Origin: Deltaproteobacteria bacterium HGW-Deltaproteobacteria-15
GTDB taxonomy: Bacteria; Desulfobacterota; DSM-4660; Desulfatiglandales; HGW-15
NCBI GenBank assembly: GCA_002840535.1
Contig: PHBH01000006.1
Coordinates: 73,159-137,158 of the forward strand
Length of the DNA stretch: 64,000 nucleotides
Direction of reading: 5' to 3'
Each line of letters begins with the position of its first letter. The first letter of the stretch is position 1. The notes beneath the pieces were generated by a model. It was not told where the DNA came from. It did not search any database and saw nothing but the letters and a program-made list of their open reading frames with translations. Positions 58,576 to 64,000 of this stretch are shown piece by piece. Position numbers and translations under genes: made by a program.

Positions 58576-58768
58576 CATTGGTCATTGGTCATTTGTCATT
58601 GGTCATTTTTCATTGGTTTGATCGCGGGTGGCGGGCAGTTCGTTGTTGGGTTGTTCGTGGCTTGCAGCGGCAATATCCACAGGAAACCTTTCAACGTACC
58701 CCCTTAGCTGATCGGTATCGTTCTTTTCATTCGATGTTGGACGTTCGATGTTCGATGTTGGACGTTCA
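58576..58768. repeat. Cluster of heptamer tandem runs
   Basis: CATTGGTCATTGGTCATTTGTCATTGGTCATT; TTCGTTGTTGGGTTGTTCGTGG; CATTCGATGTTGGACGTTCGATGTTCGATGTTGGACGTTCA. Confidence 0.8.
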
Positions 58769-58906
58769 TCCTCTCCCCGGCAAGAGATCCCCTGCGTCAT
58801 TAAATTCCAGAGAGTGGAATTCTCCCACCCGCTCGCATTGGCTCGTCCCTGCAAGAGCGGATTCGGTGAGCCAGAGTTCCTCGAGATGAAGGGTGTTGCG
58901 GATGCG
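58766..58906 (-). pseudogene. Diverged duplicate of the 3' end of the larA-like gene (59854-59991)
   Basis: Translates RIRNTLHLEELWLTESALAGTSQCERVGEFHSLEFNDAGDLLPGRG* vs RIRNTLHLEELWLTESALEKAAGCEKTGEFHPLEFNEAGDLLPGR* in the intact gene. Confidence 0.9.
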
Positions 58907-58973
58907 CGCAAAGTCTGAAAGAAGTCAGCGTCTGTTGTTGATAACCGAAACGGAAGATTGAGCTATCTGTAGA

Positions 58974-59315
58974 CTAAGACCTTTCGAGGATCTTCTCAAG
59001 TTCTGCTATGAGAGGCGGGAGATCTTCTTGGACCGTATCCCATAGGACACTAAGATCCACCTGATCGTAGCCGTGGATAAGTCGATTTCGCATTCCGATC
59101 ACTTGTGCCCAAGGAATGGACGAGTGTTGTTTCTGGCCCGAGAGACTGACGCGAGCGGCTGCTTCTCCGATGACTTCGATCAACCTGATAAGCGCCAATT
59201 CCAAGATCCTGTCTTCTTTCAAGTGGCCGAAGTCCTTGCCTGCGGTTATAGCGACAGCCTCCCGCGCGTTGCGCAGCATGTGCCGGATTCGGACGACGTC
59301 TTCATGCTGCGTCAT
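58974..59315 (-). CDS. HEPN (DUF86/HepT-like) RNase toxin
   Basis: EVIGEAA, IPW..GMRNRLIHGY (Rx4-6H), LW..V..DLP motifs. Confidence 0.9.
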   Translation of the reverse strand: MTQHEDVVRIRHMLRNAREAVAITAGKDFGHLKEDRILELALIRLIEVIGEAAARVSLSGQKQHSSIPWAQVIGMRNRLIHGYDQVDLSVLWDTVQEDLPPLIAELEKILERS

Positions 59316-59607
59316 ACTGCACCACTGCTTCAGAGAGTACCCTGTCACGGTAGTCCTGGCTCAGGAAACCTTCGGTATTCAGGTCCACTTTTCTTCCAAG
59401 GATCTCTCCCAATTCCAGTTCCAGACCAGCCAGCCGGATCAGCCCCACTCGGGCATCCGGCTCAAATTCCACGAGGATGTCTACATCGCTTTCAGGTGTG
59501 AAGTCATCGCGCAGAACAGAGCCGAAAAGGGACAATTTGCGAATTCTGTTTCGCTTGCAGAACTCGCGTATTCTTTCCTTGGGGATCATCAGATTGGCTT
59601 CATCCAC
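59302..59607 (-). CDS. Minimal nucleotidyltransferase (MNT/MntA-like) antitoxin
   Basis: LFGSVLRDDFTPESDVD (GSx10DxD), GRKVDL; overlaps the toxin start. Confidence 0.9.
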   Translation of the reverse strand: MDEANLMIPKERIREFCKRNRIRKLSLFGSVLRDDFTPESDVDILVEFEPDARVGLIRLAGLELELGEILGRKVDLNTEGFLSQDYRDRVLSEAVVQYDAA

Positions 59608-59853
59608 TGCTATCTCCTCCAGCTATTATAGGCTTATTATCCGCCTGCAATCCTGAGAACGATTTTAGCAGACGCAGATTAGAAGTCAAAGAATGGTTCA
59701 GAGTGGAGAGATGGACACAGGGGCCTTATTTCGGTGTTCTTCTCCTGAAAAGAGCCGCCTTCCCAAGAACGAGCAGATACGGGGTGCTTATCTGCAATTA
59801 CTGAGGCGGGGGGGAACGCCTCCTCTGCGGCGAGGTGCCCGAAGCCTCTGAAC

Positions 59854-61092
59854 TCATCTTCCCGGCAGGAGATCCCCGGCTTCGTTGAATTCCAGGGGGT
59901 GAAACTCCCCTGTCTTTTCGCAGCCAGCCGCCTTTTCAAGGGCGGATTCGGTCAGCCAGAGTTCCTCGAGGTGAAGGGTGTTGCGGATGCGCCCTGCGAC
60001 GATCGGCGTTTCCGTGGGCTGTTTCAGGCTCTGTAATGCCCATTCGATAGCGTCACGATCGCTGCCGGGAAACGGCGGGCAGAACGCCCTTTCCCAGAAG
60101 CCTGTGGTTCGGACATTGGTCAGTGTGGCATTCCAATCGATGGCCTCGACGAGATTGCGGGTGGTGAAGTCGACAAGTCCGATTCCGTTCGCATTCCCCT
60201 CCGATGCCTGGGAGAGCCTCAGCACGACCACCCTCTTGATCTCCGGCCTGATCGGCATGGTAACCTCCACGCCCTTCCAACGACCGATCACGTTTGTGTC
60301 CATGCCCGTGCCGCTGAAGTTCTTTCCCATTTCCTCGACAACGACCATGTCCATTGCTTCGAGCGGCAGGCGGGGAAGCAGCCCCGTTGCGTACTTCAGG
60401 AGTTCCCCTTCGCGCTCTTCCATCTCCCCGGGCAGGACGGCCTCCAGGGAAGCGGTCTCGTCCAGGCTGTTCTCAATGATGGCGAGGCCCCCCAGTATCG
60501 GCAGTTTCCGGAGCGCCATGCGCCCCAATTCCAACATCACCGAATAAATCTCCAATGACCCGAAGTTGTGCACTTGCGTAGCGCCAGGGACCTTTCCAAG
60601 ACCAACGGTGATCATCTTGAAAAGACCGCTTGCCAGGTTGTCCTGGAATGCCGTATGCGGCTTGATCCGGTTCACCACGAGAATTCCGTCCGCCTTTGCC
60701 GCCTCTGCATCGGCATAGAGAATGCTGCCTTTTTCGGTGGTTCCCGCCTGGATCGTATCCGAAGTCATGCGCAAAGGCGCTCCGACCGACTCTTCGGTGA
60801 TCCCGAGATGCCGCAGCACATTCTCCTGTCCTTCAGGAGTCCCCCCCCCATGGCTTCCCATGGTAGCCACGATAAAAGGACGAGCCCCCATTTTACTGAG
60901 GGCAAGGACCACTGACCGGAGGATGAGCGGAATGCGACTGATTCCCCGGCTTCCCGCAGTGACCGCCACCGACATGCCCGGGCGAATCACACCGGCAAAC
61001 CGCTGCATTTGCCCCATGATTTCCTTTTCCACATCTTCGATCCGGGGTCTGGCAAAACGCTGCCTGACCCTGGCCATTTTCAATCTATCCAT
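59854..61092 (-). CDS. Lactate racemase (LarA/DUF2088)-domain protein
   Basis: AGSRGI, MGSHGG, NRIKPHT, SGTGMDTNVIGR, GNANGIG motifs. Confidence 0.82.
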   Translation of the reverse strand: MDRLKMARVRQRFARPRIEDVEKEIMGQMQRFAGVIRPGMSVAVTAGSRGISRIPLILRSVVLALSKMGARPFIVATMGSHGGGTPEGQENVLRHLGITEESVGAPLRMTSDTIQAGTTEKGSILYADAEAAKADGILVVNRIKPHTAFQDNLASGLFKMITVGLGKVPGATQVHNFGSLEIYSVMLELGRMALRKLPILGGLAIIENSLDETASLEAVLPGEMEEREGELLKYATGLLPRLPLEAMDMVVVEEMGKNFSGTGMDTNVIGRWKGVEVTMPIRPEIKRVVVLRLSQASEGNANGIGLVDFTTRNLVEAIDWNATLTNVRTTGFWERAFCPPFPGSDRDAIEWALQSLKQPTETPIVAGRIRNTLHLEELWLTESALEKAAGCEKTGEFHPLEFNEAGDLLPGR

Positions 61093-61294
61093 TCAAAATT
61101 CCTCTCTCGCTGTGATTTGCCGCATCGTTTGTCAGGAAATCAACCATAGCACCTCTCTATTTTTTTTTGAATACAGAGGCAGATAATTTGTCAGCCAGCT
61201 CCTCCCTGCAATGGCGAGTGCTCATCCGGAAATGAGTTTACTTTTGAGTTGTGTCCGTGTCTGTCCACACAAGACAGCGCTTTCCTTCAGGAGT

Positions 61295-62926
61295 CTACTG
61301 ACTGGCGGGCGTCGTTTTCAGTTGGGATTCAAGCCAGAAGAAATCCAAGTTGGTAGGACGGTTCTTCTCGTCGATGGTGGGAACGATGATGGTTTTTTCC
61401 GTCAGGGAAGAGAGGACTTTTTGGAGTTGAACCGCGGTCTCACTGTTCTCAAGGTGGGTGAAGTCCCCAATGACCACAGAGAATCCGTCCTTCAGGGTCT
61501 TTTCGTCTAACGAAGAGAAAGCAACCGTTTCAAAACCTTCTCGTTCCAGGGCTATTTGAAGGAGAATTCCATTGTTCGTGGCGCGGGGGAGAAAGATCCC
61601 TGCCCTGCCTTTACTTTCTTCAGGCAACTCCATTTCAAATTGTTCCGGAGGTATTTCCAGGACATCCGTGTAAGCCTTAAGCTCCTGAACGACCTTCTCG
61701 GTAATTTTTCTCCATGCGAGTCCCTTTGGAAAACGCTTCCACATAGCCGTTGCTTCCCGCTCCGCGAGATGATCGCCGCCGCTTCCCGCCCGCAGGGCCT
61801 TTGCCATCTGGTTCGCCAGGCATACAATGCCGCCTATGGAAAGCTCCCCTGTTTCACCCTCAAGGTTCTCATAAAAATGATGTCGCCCGATCCCCTCTGC
61901 GACGACAGGGGGAAAACCCCAGGCTTCTGCGATTTTGGAGCCGACATAAGCATGGTTGGCTTCAAAAATCGCTTTCTCCGCCTTCCACATGGGGATGGAC
62001 TCGGCATTAGCCATGCGGAGGGCCGTTTCGAACTCCTGATTCATGAAATCGTCCAGAACCATTTTGCCTATGTCATGGAGGAGACCGGCGAGGAACGCAT
62101 CCTCCGGGTGCCGATGTTTGAGCAGGGTTGCCAAAACCTGTGCGCAGATTCCCGTGGTGAGGGAATGGACCCAGAACCAGATCCTGTTAAATCCAAAGCT
62201 CTTCTCCTCCTTGGAGAAGAGCTTGAAGACGGAGAAGGAGGCGGCGATATTTCTGGTCGCCTTCATGCCGATCCTCATGACCGCCGTCTGGATGCCTGAT
62301 ATCCGGCCAACCCCTCCAAACGCAGCGGAGTTGGCACGCTGCATGATCATAGCGGCAATTGCAGGATCCGACATGACCGGTTTTTCGAGGTCCCCGGCGT
62401 TTGATGACGGATCGTTGCACAACCGGATGATCTTGACTACGGCGAAGGGAAGTGCAAGGACCTCCTTTACAAGCATGATAAGAAGCTTCATCTTGTCGAA
62501 AGGGGTTTTTGCAGTTCCAAAATCGATCTTGCGCTCCAACCCTTCAGGAGGGGTCTTCTTGCCTATTTTGATCAGCGCGCGATCCGTTTTCAATCCGACG
62601 GATCCGCGTTTGAAAGGAAAGACGAGGACATCCATGGCGCCATGCCTGGCGGCCTTGATGAGAAGTTCTCGAGTGGGTGATTGGGAGATAAGAAGGACGC
62701 CTGCGCCGGTCTTGGATAATCTCGAGCAGAGCCCAAAAGGGTCGACCCTCTTCGTATCCGCCGAAAGGTAGACGATATCGGGAATACCCTTCTTGAGGAT
62801 CTCCACCAACTCTTCGAGATCTTCGGCGCTCTGGAGTTGAAACTCCCCGGGGGAGAGTTCGCTTTTGAGTCCTTCAGATGTTGCCGGCTGGATCCCGACG
62901 GATATGACCTTGCATGGGGAATTCAT
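61295..62926 (-). CDS. HDOD domain protein with N-terminal receiver-like domain
   Basis: LP, DP.IAA..ANSA, FWVHS, AGLLHDIGK, H..VG..AEAWGFP motifs. Confidence 0.88.
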   Translation of the reverse strand: MNSPCKVISVGIQPATSEGLKSELSPGEFQLQSAEDLEELVEILKKGIPDIVYLSADTKRVDPFGLCSRLSKTGAGVLLISQSPTRELLIKAARHGAMDVLVFPFKRGSVGLKTDRALIKIGKKTPPEGLERKIDFGTAKTPFDKMKLLIMLVKEVLALPFAVVKIIRLCNDPSSNAGDLEKPVMSDPAIAAMIMQRANSAAFGGVGRISGIQTAVMRIGMKATRNIAASFSVFKLFSKEEKSFGFNRIWFWVHSLTTGICAQVLATLLKHRHPEDAFLAGLLHDIGKMVLDDFMNQEFETALRMANAESIPMWKAEKAIFEANHAYVGSKIAEAWGFPPVVAEGIGRHHFYENLEGETGELSIGGIVCLANQMAKALRAGSGGDHLAEREATAMWKRFPKGLAWRKITEKVVQELKAYTDVLEIPPEQFEMELPEESKGRAGIFLPRATNNGILLQIALEREGFETVAFSSLDEKTLKDGFSVVIGDFTHLENSETAVQLQKVLSSLTEKTIIVPTIDEKNRPTNLDFFWLESQLKTTPASQ

Positions 62927-63076
62927 GAAGCTTCAGGCTACCGGTCCGATCGAGATTCTCTGGAATCGACAATACACCCGTATCCCCCAGAGATGAAATG
63001 GAAACGAATTCGCAGCCTTCAAGGCATGGGGTTGATTAACACAAATACCCCGAAGCGTCAATCGGAACTCTTACGC

Positions 63077-63280
63077 CTATAAGTTCCCGGCTTGGACAAG
63101 ACGAGTGAAGTGCTCAAAAGAACGATCGTAGGTGGCCTCGGCCTCTTTGGTGAAGCAGCAGCCCGGCAACTCCCTCATCTTCAGGTGATACGAGATACAT
63201 TCGCAGCAGGCCCCTTTCCTGGAACAGGGCTCATAGGTGCATTTGCATGCAGTCTGGTTTTTATCTTTAAGACACTCCAC
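63077..63280 (-). CDS. Small Cys-rich protein (DUF6485-like)
   Basis: GTG start; C.CTYEPCSRKG.CCECISYH..RELPGC.F...E.TYDRS pattern. Confidence 0.75.
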   Translation of the reverse strand: MECLKDKNQTACKCTYEPCSRKGACCECISYHLKMRELPGCCFTKEAEATYDRSFEHFTRLVQAGNL

Positions 63281-63297
63281 GATCTTCTTTCCTCCTA

Positions 63298-63398
63298 TTC
63301 TTGAATTCTTCATCCAGAGTCTCCCGAGCAAACAGATCCTCCACCCTCATTGGTTTCTCGGAGAGGCCCTGCTCATAATGATAGCGCAGGAAGGCATC
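63298..63398 (-). pseudogene. Orphan 3' tail resembling the 4,5-dihydroxyphthalate decarboxylase family C-terminus
   Basis: FLRYHYEQGLSEKPMRVEDLFARETL matches the recalled EQGL....VEELF C-terminal pattern; rest of the gene absent. Confidence 0.5.
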
Positions 63399-63519
63399 AG
63401 GTTTGATGATCTTGCCGCTACCCATAGGAACCTGCGACTGCTCTGTAGTAAGCAATAACTTGACTTGGAAGTGATTTTCCCTTACGCTCGCCCGCACTTT
63501 TCAATTTTCGGAGTACGGC

Positions 63520-63864
63520 ATGCAAAGCATCATCTATTCGCTCAAGGCAACCCTGACGTTCAACAAGTTTCCACTCTTGACAATCCTGGCCAATATCTTC
63601 CTGGGGTACGCGTTCGGGAAAATCCTTGTGACCCCCGGCAATGAGGTGGGGGGAAGCATACTGATCCAAACCTTTTTGATTATCGGAACCTGCTTTTTTG
63701 CAAATTACCTTCTATGCCTCCGCAAGGCCTTCAAAGGCATTAACCGTAATATCAATGGTAAGCTGCGGCCGTTCCTGCGGGAGGCCCTCCTCTGCGGCGC
63801 TCTGAATGTCTGCATATTCCTGCCCTGCATGGCCCTCTTCTTCATCAAGTCCCACGTCCTGTAG
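63520..63864 (+). CDS. Hypothetical membrane protein
   Basis: 114 aa with about 3 hydrophobic segments; GGAG SD upstream. Confidence 0.55.
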   Translation: MQSIIYSLKATLTFNKFPLLTILANIFLGYAFGKILVTPGNEVGGSILIQTFLIIGTCFFANYLLCLRKAFKGINRNINGKLRPFLREALLCGALNVCIFLPCMALFFIKSHVL

Positions 63865-64000
63865 AAATCGTAACCCTTTTTGACAGGAGCATGAATGGGA
63901 GCAGGTAGCAACCACCCCAGCCGCTCTGTTCGGTTCAGGATTCCGTTTTCTCGGCGATCTCAAAGCCTGCCATCATTTCCAGTGCCCGAACCATAGCGGA

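Overview
GC-rich window from an anaerobic bacterium; gene content suggests Desulfobacterota/Deltaproteobacteria (inference). Almost every gene from 44010 down to position 1 is on the minus strand, forming a large catabolic region: two DctPQM TRAP sets, one TAXI-TRAP set, three amidohydrolase_2 (decarboxylase-like) paralogues, a PadBCD-like Mo-bisPGD oxidoreductase with NrfD and TorD partners, a Tat-less reductive dehalogenase homologue, a Liv-type ABC transporter, an aldehyde oxidoreductase (AOR) cluster and an acetoin/2-oxoacid dehydrogenase operon with a sigma54 promoter. In the AOR cluster, hdrA and mvhD are each split in the ORF track by an in-frame TGA at a conserved Cys position followed by a SECIS-like hairpin, so both are probably selenoproteins; they sit with an HdrC-GltD fusion and a BamC-like Fe-S subunit. 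The plus-strand block (44474-58573) has lipA, acoR, Fe-S proteins, an orphan metV, a second Mo enzyme, IclR, an M24 protein, a D-2-hydroxyacid dehydrogenase and a third DctPQM set. An MNT-HEPN toxin-antitoxin pair lies between two diverged copies of the 3' end of a larA-like gene. About 20 intergenic spacers contain short-period (7-9 nt) degenerate repeats, mostly as inverted arms and in recurring families, plus MITE/REP-like palindromes. No rRNA, tRNA, CRISPR array, transposase or integrase was seen. All product calls come from motif recognition by eye, not database searches.
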